Assembly (NCBI GenBank): GCA_964597115.1
Contig: CAZQXE010000002.1
Coordinates: forward strand, 1 to 40,051
Origin: an uncultured Pirellulales bacterium
GTDB lineage: Bacteria > Planctomycetota > Phycisphaerae > Sedimentisphaerales > Anaerobacaceae
Reading direction: 5' to 3'
Length of the DNA stretch: 40,051 nt
Shown in pieces: positions 29,821 to 38,254 of this stretch (position 1 is its first letter; the number at the start of each line of letters is the position of its first letter). The translations under genes were made by a program, and so were the position numbers. A model generated the notes under the pieces. That model made no database searches, was not told where the DNA came from, and was given only the letters and a program-made list of their open reading frames with translations.

Positions 29821-32800
29821 CTATCCAGGAATTTCCTCTGAATGACTGCTGCCGTGATGTTTGAATCCAACTCGGAGAGAGAGGCGGCTGAGCATAACAT
29901 AGAGTGAGGGGACTACGACCAGTGTCAGGACCGTAGCGAAAACCAAGCCGAAGATAACGACGACAGCCATGTTGCGCCACCACTGGCTGGATTCGCTCTT
30001 GGTTGCCAGTGTGAAGGTGTGAAAGTCGAAGGAAACACCTATGGCCATTGGGATCAAGCCAATGACCGTTGTAGTTGCGGTCAGGAGTACGGGACGCACA
30101 CGTGTGACACCAGCCTCTGCCGCGGCAGTGATGAGATCCATACCTCGCTGCTGTAATTGTCGTGTGTAGGCGAGCAGAACGATGGCGTTATTGACCACAA
30201 CGCCGGCGAGGCTGATAACGCCGATACCTGTCATGATGATGCCGAAAGGCAAATCGCAAATCAGTAATCCTGTAAGTGCTCCGATGAGCGAGAGAACTAC
30301 CGTGGTCATTATTATTACCGGGACCATCAGGGAATTGAACTGAATCACCAGTACCAACGTGACCAACAATATCGCAATTCCGAAAGCCTTACCAAGAAAG
30401 GCACGGGATTCCAGCTCGGTCTCCTGCTCACCGGCGTATTCGATTTGGTAGCCGACGGGCAGCCCCAAATCGGCCAGTCCGGCCTGGACTTCCTGTAAGA
30501 CCTCGGAACTAAGACGTCCTTCGGTGTCGGCTGTGAGTGTAACTACGCGTTTTTGATCAATTCGGTTAATCGTACCGAAGCCTCCGCTATAGCTGAACTG
30601 GCCTATTGAGCTTAGCGGGACGGCTTCGCCAGCCGCGTTGGGGATTTGAAGACGATAAAGATCGTCGATATTCACTCGCTGTGACAAGGGTAACCTTACA
30701 GTGATATCATATTCATCATTGAATTGACGATATGTGCCTACCTTGTATCCGAAGATTGCAGTTTTAAGGAAGTTGCCCGCGGTGGCTGTGTTTATGCCCA
30801 AAAGCATAGCTACACGTCGGTTTACCGTAAATGACAATTCGGGACGGGTGGCCTCATGGTCACTACGCAGGTTTACAACATTCGGAACTGCTGCAATCAT
30901 TCTCCGGGCCTGTTCGCTTAGTTGTTCCAGTTTCTTAAAGTCTTCCCCGATGATTCGCGCGGTTATCGGGGCGCCTGTTGGGGGGCCGCCTTCTTCTCTT
31001 TTGACCTCAATTTCAGCCCCCGAAATATCTGCAACCACCTTGCGCATCTCTGCAATGATTTCCACTGACGGTCGCTCGCGCTCGACATAGTCATAGAAGA
31101 CAAGTGTGATATTGGCCAGGTGTGGTCCGCCTGTACTTCCGATCAGGTCCGAACTGGAAGAAGTGCCGACGTTAGTAATTATATGCTCTATCCATGGTTT
31201 GAAAGGCTGCACACGCTGCTCAATAATGCGTACGATGCGGTCCGTCTCCCGAATGTTAGTACCCTGGGGAGCACGCACGTTGATTATAGCCCGTTCCGGA
31301 TCTTCTTCAGGAAAGAACTCTGTACCTTTGCCGATTTTGCCGTATAGAGTTAACAATCCCACGAGCAGGCAAAAAGCCAGAAATAAAGTCGTTCCCGGAT
31401 TCTCCAGTCCGATGTGTTGGAACCGTCGGTACCCACGTAAAAACCAATGGTCGGTCTTGCGTTTTTGCAGCGGTGGTTTGGCCCAGATCGAGCATATCAC
31501 CGGATTGATTATGAGTCCGACAAAAAGGGACGCCAGCAGGCCCAGGGAAAGAGTAATGGGCAGGTACTTCATGAAATCACCCATTATGCCCGGCCAGAAC
31601 ATCAACGGCAGGAAGGCACATACCGTAGTAAACGTGGACGTTGTCACCGGCCAGGCGACTTCGCGCGCACCTAATATAGCAGCTTCTATACGATTATATC
31701 CCAATTGGAGGTGACGAAAGATGTTCTCAACTATTACAATAGCATTATCCACCAACATGCCCAGAACAAGCACCAGAGAGAAGAGGACAATCATGTTCAG
31801 AGTGAAGCCTAACTGCTGAATCAGGAAAAAGGTGATAAGCATACTTAGCGGTATGATCATCGCCACTATCGCACTTGGGCGGAATCCCAGGAAAATCAAC
31901 AGTACACTGGTTACCATGATCAGTGCGGTCAGGATATTGTTCTCCAGGTCGGCCACCGTATTGCGGACCATCTTGGACATGTCATAAATGATATCGAATT
32001 GAACTGCGCCGGTGATTTGTTGGCGCGCCTGTTCGAGAATGAGCTTAATCTGATCGGAGATTTGGATCACATTAGCGCCCACGCGTTTTTTGATGCTCAA
32101 AGTGACGTTTTCCATACCGTCAAGGCGCGAGTAGCTTGTGCGATCCTTAAACGCATCTCTGACCTCGGCCACGTCAGCCAGATAGATGGGTTTACCGTTC
32201 CGCACCGTCAGCAGCAGGTGGTCCACTTCATCCGGAGTGACGAATTCCGCAGGTACTCGCACGTTAAATTTGGTGCCCTGTGTCTCCAGACCACCGGCTG
32301 ATATATTCACGTTTTCCCCCGGGATGAGCGCCATGATCTCCGTCAGGGTCAGGTTATAGGAAGCCAGACGGTCAGGATCGAATTCCAGTCGAATTTCCCG
32401 CTCAAGAGCACCCAGCACATCCACCTTGAGTACCCCGGAGATGGTCTCGAGAATATCCTGCATATCGTCGGCAATGGCCTCGAGCTGTACGGGTGAAACA
32501 TCGCCGGAGATACTGATGTACATAATTGGCAGTTCCGCGAGATTGATTTCTGTGATGATTGGGTCATCCGCATCCAGAGGCAGCTCACCTTTAGCCAGGT
32601 CCACTTTATCGCGCACTCGCTGAAGCGCCACCTCCGTAGGCACGTCCGGCGTAAATTCCACGTCGATCATGGACAGTCCTTCGGCGCTGCTTGAGCGAAT
32701 TTCCTCGATGCCGCGGATACCTTTGAGCTCCTTCTCGATTTTCATCGTGACCGATGTCTCCATGTCCTCCGGAGAGACACCTTCATAGTTCGTGGTCACT

Positions 32801-32937
32801 AAGATGTGGGGAATGGGTATATCCGGAAAAGCCTCACGTGGCAGGGACATATAGGCTGAGCCACCGACAAGAATGATTATCAGGCTCAACACGCCCACTG
32901 TTGTGCGGTTTCGAATGGCAACATCGGTTATCAGCAT
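29821..32937 (-). CDS. RND efflux transporter permease (AcrB/HAE1-type)
   Basis: 1038 aa with the typical 12-TM, two-large-periplasmic-loop layout. N-terminus DVAIRNRTTVGVLSLIIILVGG, conserved VLVLGMLVDNAIVIVENI and a second-half repeat AGVVVNNAIVLLAY. Confidence 0.93.
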   Translation of the reverse strand: MLITDVAIRNRTTVGVLSLIIILVGGSAYMSLPREAFPDIPIPHILVTTNYEGVSPEDMETSVTMKIEKELKGIRGIEEIRSSSAEGLSMIDVEFTPDVPTEVALQRVRDKVDLAKGELPLDADDPIITEINLAELPIMYISISGDVSPVQLEAIADDMQDILETISGVLKVDVLGALEREIRLEFDPDRLASYNLTLTEIMALIPGENVNISAGGLETQGTKFNVRVPAEFVTPDEVDHLLLTVRNGKPIYLADVAEVRDAFKDRTSYSRLDGMENVTLSIKKRVGANVIQISDQIKLILEQARQQITGAVQFDIIYDMSKMVRNTVADLENNILTALIMVTSVLLIFLGFRPSAIVAMIIPLSMLITFFLIQQLGFTLNMIVLFSLVLVLGMLVDNAIVIVENIFRHLQLGYNRIEAAILGAREVAWPVTTSTFTTVCAFLPLMFWPGIMGDFMKYLPITLSLGLLASLFVGLIINPVICSIWAKPPLQKRKTDHWFLRGYRRFQHIGLENPGTTLFLAFCLLVGLLTLYGKIGKGTEFFPEEDPERAIINVRAPQGTNIRETDRIVRIIEQRVQPFKPWIEHIITNVGTSSSSDLIGSTGGPHLANITLVFYDYVERERPSVEIIAEMRKVVADISGAEIEVKREEGGPPTGAPITARIIGEDFKKLEQLSEQARRMIAAVPNVVNLRSDHEATRPELSFTVNRRVAMLLGINTATAGNFLKTAIFGYKVGTYRQFNDEYDITVRLPLSQRVNIDDLYRLQIPNAAGEAVPLSSIGQFSYSGGFGTINRIDQKRVVTLTADTEGRLSSEVLQEVQAGLADLGLPVGYQIEYAGEQETELESRAFLGKAFGIAILLVTLVLVIQFNSLMVPVIIMTTVVLSLIGALTGLLICDLPFGIIMTGIGVISLAGVVVNNAIVLLAYTRQLQQRGMDLITAAAEAGVTRVRPVLLTATTTVIGLIPMAIGVSFDFHTFTLATKSESSQWWRNMAVVVIFGLVFATVLTLVVVPSLYVMLSRLSLRVGFKHHGSSHSEEIPG

Positions 32938-32941
32938 AAGG

Positions 32942-34054
32942 CTATTTCTTCTCCGCTACGATGTTCACCTTCAGTCCCGGCGCTACGAAGCGATGGCCGG
33001 CGATAATGAGCTTGTCCCCCGGTTCCAAGCCGCTCGTCACCTGGACACGGTCACCCCTGATGATTCCAAGCTCTACTTCGCGGCGCTGAGCCTGAGTTGA
33101 ATTGACAACATAGACGGCCTTGCTGTCCTCCATCGGTATAACTGCCAGCAGCGGAATCATAATCGCATCTTTAAGAGTTCTGCGTTTCAGGCGGACAAGC
33201 ACAATTTGCCCGCACCTCAGAAGGCGCTCGTCGTTATTAAGTGCGATTTCCATTTGCGTGGACCGGGTCTGTGGATCGGCCAGCTCGTTGATGAAGGTGA
33301 GCTCGCCTTCCAGTGACATTTTACGGCCTTTCGCTTCGGTAAAAATCTCCGCTTTGCTGCCGATGTCAAGGAACGCAGTATCGCGCTCGGGGACTTCCAC
33401 GACCACCTTAACCGTATCTGTTTCCACTACCTCGGCCACGGGCACACCGGGATCAACATATTCTCCTTCCTCGACGAGAAGGTCGTTCAATACTCCGTCT
33501 GTCGGTGCGAGAATGTGGGTTCGGTCAAGACGGACCCGAACCTCCTCGAGGCGGGCCTTGCTTATGGCCAACTGGGTAGTGGCGTTATCAAGGTCAATCT
33601 GGGCAGTGGCATTATCTTTTACCAGATTAGCCATGCGGTCGAACTCGATCTTGTCACGCTCAACCTGTGCTTTGGCGATCTCGTACTCAGGCTGTATAAG
33701 GTCCGCGTTGAGCTGTATCAACAGGACTCCGGCTTGCACTGCACTGCCTTTTTCCAGTGGGATACTCTCTATCCGGCCGGAGACCTCGGCGGAGATTGTA
33801 ATGACCCGGTTCGGCTCGATAACAGCCGGCAGATCGAACGTGTCGTCAAGCTGAGGTTCGGCCACAACTGTCATGATCGTAACATTCACCGGCGGGGCTT
33901 CGGTTGCAGATACCTCTTGTTTTTTCGACGGTATTTTCTTGATTACGAACAATATCGCTATCGCAGTAAAGATGATAATGACTTTTACGACATTGCGGCG
34001 GAGCCAATTACCAATTTTCTTACCCATTTTAGTTTCAGGTGTTTGATTGCTCAT
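32942..34054 (-). CDS. RND efflux periplasmic adaptor (membrane fusion protein, HlyD-like)
   Basis: 370 aa with an N-terminal TM anchor, lipoyl/barrel-sandwich motifs (ISAEVSGRIESIPLEKGSAVQAGVLLIQL; ILAPTDGVLNDLLVEEGEYV) and a coiled-coil hairpin. It ends 4 nt upstream of the permease start. Confidence 0.92.
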   Translation of the reverse strand: MSNQTPETKMGKKIGNWLRRNVVKVIIIFTAIAILFVIKKIPSKKQEVSATEAPPVNVTIMTVVAEPQLDDTFDLPAVIEPNRVITISAEVSGRIESIPLEKGSAVQAGVLLIQLNADLIQPEYEIAKAQVERDKIEFDRMANLVKDNATAQIDLDNATTQLAISKARLEEVRVRLDRTHILAPTDGVLNDLLVEEGEYVDPGVPVAEVVETDTVKVVVEVPERDTAFLDIGSKAEIFTEAKGRKMSLEGELTFINELADPQTRSTQMEIALNNDERLLRCGQIVLVRLKRRTLKDAIMIPLLAVIPMEDSKAVYVVNSTQAQRREVELGIIRGDRVQVTSGLEPGDKLIIAGHRFVAPGLKVNIVAEKK

Positions 34055-34123
34055 TTGTTTCTACCTGCATTTAACACTAATAGCAGCTTAAAAATACGAG
34101 GTATCTTTAAAACCGCATTTTAG

Positions 34124-34129
34124 ATTATA
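34124..34129 (-). promoter_or_regulatory. Candidate -10 element (TATAAT on minus strand) upstream of the RND adaptor gene
   Basis: The reverse strand reads ...CTTTGATATAATCTAAAATG..., about 70 nt upstream of the 34054 start. There is only a weak -35 (TTCCCT at 17-nt spacing). Confidence 0.25.
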
Positions 34130-34234
34130 TCAAAGCAAAGTACAATAGGGAAGATACCTTCTCTACCGGTCCAATTCCGCATCGTAGAATTGCTGCTTAA
34201 GCACGGGGCGAAGGAATGATACTACTTCCAATTA

Positions 34235-35878
34235 CTATTCGCGTTCCGACTGCCAGGGTACGTTGTAGGGTGAAAGTGCCCCAGCTTTGGGTGTGGCCAT
34301 TGTGATGGGCATCTCAACAGATATTTTTTGGGGACCTCGAACCACTCTTCCGAGTTTTTCTCTGGAGATGCGAACGGGCTCGGTAACAAGCTCAGGGACA
34401 CTGTAAGTCCAAAGACACGAATCGTAATAAGCCGGGTCCTTCTGGGGTACAAGTATAGGTTTGCACACTGTGCCATCGGCGTTCAGGTAGGCAAGATATA
34501 TCCTGGTGAATATCCCATAGTTCCGTTTACTACTAAATGCTATCCATCTGCTGTTGCTTGAGAAACTATGCCATGATTCGCTTTTGTCGCTATTGATATC
34601 GAGTCGGCGATACGTATATGTGCCTGTTTGTTTAGCAGCTTCGAGATCCATCATGTACAGATCGCTACTGGCTTGGTAAACCGGGAAACAGCCGTAATTG
34701 CACATACAGAACAACAGCCAACGTCCATCGGGACTAACCCGCGGCAGAAGAATACTTAGTCCTGTATCCTCAGCCGACAGCACGGTTTCAAGCGGGCCCC
34801 ACTGATCGCGGTTAATGTCATAGTCTGCTCGGACAAGGTCATACTTTATCTGGTCATACTCTTCGGGAACTATGGTGCGGTCTGTCCAGGTTATCGGTGC
34901 GCTGCAAAAGTATAAGTATCGCCCATCGGGTGACCATGTTGGATATGTTTCCAGCTGATCGCTTTTAGTAAGAACTGATGGGGTTTTTACAGTTTTTAAG
35001 TCAGTTAGATAGTAAGCCATCAGAGAATCGAAGTCTATAACATCTCGGACCTCGCTTGCGGCCGAATGTAGGAGAAGTCTGACATCATTCACGGAGAATG
35101 AAGCAATACGCCCGCTGGGGTGCCAGGAGCTATATCCGAATTTTGTTCCAATCTTTTTTACTTCGCCGTTTTCGATAAGCAAAGTTGAGCTGCCATATAC
35201 CGTACTGCGGATGCCGATCAGCATCTTGTCAGTCTGGTTTTGGCAAAACGTGTGACAGTTCAGACAGCCGTGCTTAAAATATCCATTGTCCAATATGAGG
35301 GATTCATCAAAGCTGTTCAGATTGCGCTGATAGATGCCTATATTTCTCCAGAGGCGGTGGCCCGGACGAAGCTTTCTGTACACGAGAAAAGCATCTATAT
35401 CCTCATTGGCAATTTCGATGTTGAGGGTTTGAAAGCGGGACCATTGTTTATTTTCTGCTTCTGAAGTTGGCGTAATAGCCTGGGATTTGATAAAGATATC
35501 CAAACTGAGTTGCCGGCCTCGGTTTAGATCAAGAAGATTATACCAGGCTTTCTTCGGAATCACAATCTTTGGAGTCTTGCTGAATATCTCGATTGGTTTT
35601 CCTGTTTCAGAGTATATTTTCACAAAGTACTTTGAACCATCTTGTTGTATAACAAAGTTCAGTGGGGCAATATTGGGCGGGATGACGGTGTCGGAATAAT
35701 CAGGTCGAATTTCTGCAGGTCGATTAATATCGATGTATTGTGTGATCGTCACTTTGTTATCGCGAAGTGCGTAAAGCAATGCAAAAATTATGAGCGCACA
35801 GCTTATAATTCCATAAATATATTTAGCCGTTTTAATTTTATGTTTTTTCAATTTATTGGACTGTTGCGCTTGAGTCAT
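34235..35878 (-). CDS. Membrane-anchored PD40/TolB-like beta-propeller protein with a single CxxCH motif (function unknown)
   Basis: 547 aa with an N-terminal basic stretch and TM helix (YIYGIISCALIIFALLYAL), then a domain of about 190 aa ending in GYFKHGCLNCHTFCQNQ (CxxCH). PD40-type blades follow (TWSPDGRYLYFCS, RVSPDGRWLLFCM, SSNSRWIAFSSKR). The start lies 26 nt inside the upstream gene. Confidence 0.75.
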   Translation of the reverse strand: MTQAQQSNKLKKHKIKTAKYIYGIISCALIIFALLYALRDNKVTITQYIDINRPAEIRPDYSDTVIPPNIAPLNFVIQQDGSKYFVKIYSETGKPIEIFSKTPKIVIPKKAWYNLLDLNRGRQLSLDIFIKSQAITPTSEAENKQWSRFQTLNIEIANEDIDAFLVYRKLRPGHRLWRNIGIYQRNLNSFDESLILDNGYFKHGCLNCHTFCQNQTDKMLIGIRSTVYGSSTLLIENGEVKKIGTKFGYSSWHPSGRIASFSVNDVRLLLHSAASEVRDVIDFDSLMAYYLTDLKTVKTPSVLTKSDQLETYPTWSPDGRYLYFCSAPITWTDRTIVPEEYDQIKYDLVRADYDINRDQWGPLETVLSAEDTGLSILLPRVSPDGRWLLFCMCNYGCFPVYQASSDLYMMDLEAAKQTGTYTYRRLDINSDKSESWHSFSSNSRWIAFSSKRNYGIFTRIYLAYLNADGTVCKPILVPQKDPAYYDSCLWTYSVPELVTEPVRISREKLGRVVRGPQKISVEMPITMATPKAGALSPYNVPWQSERE

Positions 35879-37856
35879 TCTTTTGTTCCCGGGGTGCGTA
35901 GAGAAAATAGAAGAAATATGTATTCCTGTATTTGCTTGCTAACTCGTTATATGCGGCTTGTTTGTTCACACCATAACTATGTAATATCCGTCTGAAATCA
36001 CCGATTCGCTGCCTCAGTGTATCGCTCGCCCGGTAACCGCTAATGCGGACACGCTTGCCGGTGCTTGTCACGTAAACCAGGGATGCCTCTTCGTAGTGGG
36101 GTGGGATTTGGGTATAGCCAAAATCTTTAAGACGCTCGATGTTCTGGACAAAATTACCTAAATGCCTTTTTAACATATACCAGGCCATTAAATATTCAAA
36201 AGCCATTTGATTTTGGTCGTTTTGTTCTAATAGCAGAAGAAGCATATTTTGTGTTGGTATTGAAAGTGTGGAGTAGTCTTTACCAAGGGAAAGTGAGCGT
36301 AATTGTTGAATGTATTTATCAGATGAGAGATTGGGATCGGTTTGAAGTTGCTTGAGGTAGTGTTTGGCCCAGTCAGCATGAAAAAGAGTTTTATTAAGCG
36401 CACTAAGGTAGATTTTCGCGGTATCTGTATTGGCCTTTACCATATTTATCAGCGCCAGTTTCTGTAAAATCATAGGGTGGTCTCCGAGACCTTCCAGACA
36501 TTCGGTCAGCGCGTTTTCAGCAGTGTTGATGAGGCCAATGTCTAAATAGATATCAGCACTTTGCCAGTAATGCCACTGGTATGCTGGATCAGTCAGGAAC
36601 AGATAATCCGGGTCCTGTGGCCAAAAGAACATCTCATAACCAAGTCGGCCGGTATGATACAAAGCTCTGTTGACTGCGTGAGCTATAAGAGGATTGGTGG
36701 GATTACTTTGAGCGGATGCGATCAATTCCGGCCACATCTTGTGGTAAGCAAAGTAATCGACTTTGAACTGTGTTCTAAGATTGTCATTGCGGGAAAGGAA
36801 AACGGCGCTGCCGGCAATAACAAGCAAAAGCAGTAATTCGATTACCCATCTGAGTTTTGGTGAGTGTCTATACCAATTAAATATCCTTGTTAGTAGGTTA
36901 TAGGATTTGCTTTGTTGCTTTTTTGTAGTTTCTTTATTGGTCTTGCTTTTGACAAAATGTAGTCTTTTTCCGAGTACCTGCCAAAGGCCAAATACAAGAA
37001 GTATTAAGGGTGGGAGCAGAAAGAGCAGGTAGACTGTTGTTACTCCTCTCCTGCGAGTTTCGTAATAGAGAATTTTCCAGGAGAAAGGTAGCAAGTTGCA
37101 AAAGGCATCGATAATACTAACACCGAAGATGAGAATACCCATCACGTACGGAATAACAACGGCAGATGATAAATAAAACAAGCTCATTTTCCACCGGAAC
37201 CTGAAAATCAGTTCGTAAATTACGCAGATAGTTGCAAAAAGTAGAAATGCTCCACCGGCAAGATAATACAGGATTACGGACAGGAAAAGAAAAGTGCCCG
37301 CATGGCTGAAAATAGCAGTACGTGATAAAGTCATCTTTAAGTACAAGCATGTGAAAATCAACGCAGCCAAAAATGCCAGCGTTGGTGTAAAGAAGTAGGT
37401 GTACCGGGTGTAGGTAATAAGTAGAAGAATTGGCAAAATAAAGCAAATCCAGCTAATTCGCGGTAAGTTTATAGCTTTCAACAGATAGGCAATACATACA
37501 CTGATCAGCCAGGCTTGCACTGTTACAACAAGGGCTCCGGCCCAGGAATAATAGAAGAGCTGAGACAGGAAAGCTGAGAGATATTCGAGAGGTCCACCTG
37601 GGTATGATAGAAACGTTTGAAAAAAAGCCCAGCCTTTATAAAAGGATGGGAAATTTGTAATAACGCCGGCTCCATGATAGATAAGTCGCATGTCCACGTA
37701 AAGCCAGAGGTATAGATAGAAAAGAGTGAAAAAGATTAGGTTTTGAATCGGCCTGCCAATTCTTAAGTTGGTGCAATTCTTTGTGTCGTATTTGCATCGT
37801 TTATAATTTCGTAGAATTGGAAGCCACCTTGATAATTTTTGTTGTGAATTAAACAT
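35853..37856 (-). CDS. Polytopic (about 9-11 TM) membrane protein with about 300-aa helical-repeat C-terminal domain (DUF6057-like / GT-C-like architecture, function unknown)
   Basis: 667 aa. Residues ~35-375 are a run of hydrophobic helices (IFFTLFYLYLWLYV, WAGALVVTVQAWLISVCIAYLL, ICFILPILLLITY, LAFLAALIFTCLYL, FLFLSVILYYLAGGAFLLFATICVIY, VVIPYVMGILIFGV, VYLLFLLPPLILLVFGLW, VIELLLLLVIAGSAVFL). The C-terminal soluble part has TPR-like helices (NRALYHTGRLGYEMFFWPQ, ENALTECLEGLGDHPMILQKLALINMV, QIPPHYEEASLVY). The family assignment is from memory and was not searched. Confidence 0.7.
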   Translation of the reverse strand: MFNSQQKLSRWLPILRNYKRCKYDTKNCTNLRIGRPIQNLIFFTLFYLYLWLYVDMRLIYHGAGVITNFPSFYKGWAFFQTFLSYPGGPLEYLSAFLSQLFYYSWAGALVVTVQAWLISVCIAYLLKAINLPRISWICFILPILLLITYTRYTYFFTPTLAFLAALIFTCLYLKMTLSRTAIFSHAGTFLFLSVILYYLAGGAFLLFATICVIYELIFRFRWKMSLFYLSSAVVIPYVMGILIFGVSIIDAFCNLLPFSWKILYYETRRRGVTTVYLLFLLPPLILLVFGLWQVLGKRLHFVKSKTNKETTKKQQSKSYNLLTRIFNWYRHSPKLRWVIELLLLLVIAGSAVFLSRNDNLRTQFKVDYFAYHKMWPELIASAQSNPTNPLIAHAVNRALYHTGRLGYEMFFWPQDPDYLFLTDPAYQWHYWQSADIYLDIGLINTAENALTECLEGLGDHPMILQKLALINMVKANTDTAKIYLSALNKTLFHADWAKHYLKQLQTDPNLSSDKYIQQLRSLSLGKDYSTLSIPTQNMLLLLLEQNDQNQMAFEYLMAWYMLKRHLGNFVQNIERLKDFGYTQIPPHYEEASLVYVTSTGKRVRISGYRASDTLRQRIGDFRRILHSYGVNKQAAYNELASKYRNTYFFYFLYAPREQKNDSSATVQ

Positions 37857-38157
37857 CGATTTCAGAGATCGATAAATTTTTTATTTTTAGTGTTTAAAAA
37901 GTGCATCTTAGCATAAGGAAGAAGCTCATCAGGTACTTGCACTAAACTAAATAGACATTGGTCTCATGAAAAGATATTATAGCATATTCGCTTGTCTCGT
38001 CTACAATTTTTCTTAACTCTGATTTTAGTTGCTGCAGTTAGAAGCACTTATTATGTTATAAAGTGTGATTGGGCATATCTTATCAGGAAAAGAAGATATT
38101 GCTTTTGTCTTAAAGTCAAAAAAAGAAGATGGACTTATAAAAAAATAAAAAAAGGAT

Positions 38158-38179
38158 AAAACAGTAACAAAACAGTAAC
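38158..38179. repeat. Perfect tandem direct repeat, 2 x 11 bp (AAAACAGTAAC)
   Basis: Read directly: AAAACAGTAAC at 38158..38168 and again at 38169..38179, inside the AT-rich divergent intergenic region, about 75 nt upstream of the 38253 start. Confidence 0.85.
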
Positions 38180-38190
38180 ATTAAGTTGTC

Positions 38191-38254
38191 ATAATTGCTC
38201 CTGTTAAAACAACAAATTATTTGTTAACTTATTATTTGAAAGGAGCACAATTAT
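38191..38254 (+). promoter_or_regulatory. Potential SD/start-codon-sequestering stem in the 5' leader of the 38253 gene
   Basis: ATAATTGCTCCT (38191..38202) can pair with AGGAGC-AC-AATTAT (38241..38254) as 6+6 Watson-Crick bp with a 2-nt bulge. This would occlude the AAGGAG SD and the AT of the ATG. The 38-nt loop contains its own AT-rich imperfect palindrome (38203..38228). Confidence 0.3.

Noticed and set aside
31106-34123. Plus-strand ORFs of 202-244 aa within the RND permease and adaptor genes (31106..31714, 33120..33854, 33515..34123)
   Set aside because: They lie antisense to confidently recognised efflux genes. Their translations are Ser/Arg-rich with no motifs.
35853-38252. Lower GC content (about 35-40% in sampled lines versus about 50-57% in ftsH and GH26) as evidence of horizontal transfer
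   Set aside because: The membrane protein is extremely rich in Phe/Ile/Leu/Tyr/Lys/Asn, which have AT-rich codons. The rest of the stretch is intergenic DNA. Amino-acid composition explains the drop, and there are no flanking mobility genes or repeats. A proper codon-usage or k-mer analysis would be needed to revisit this.
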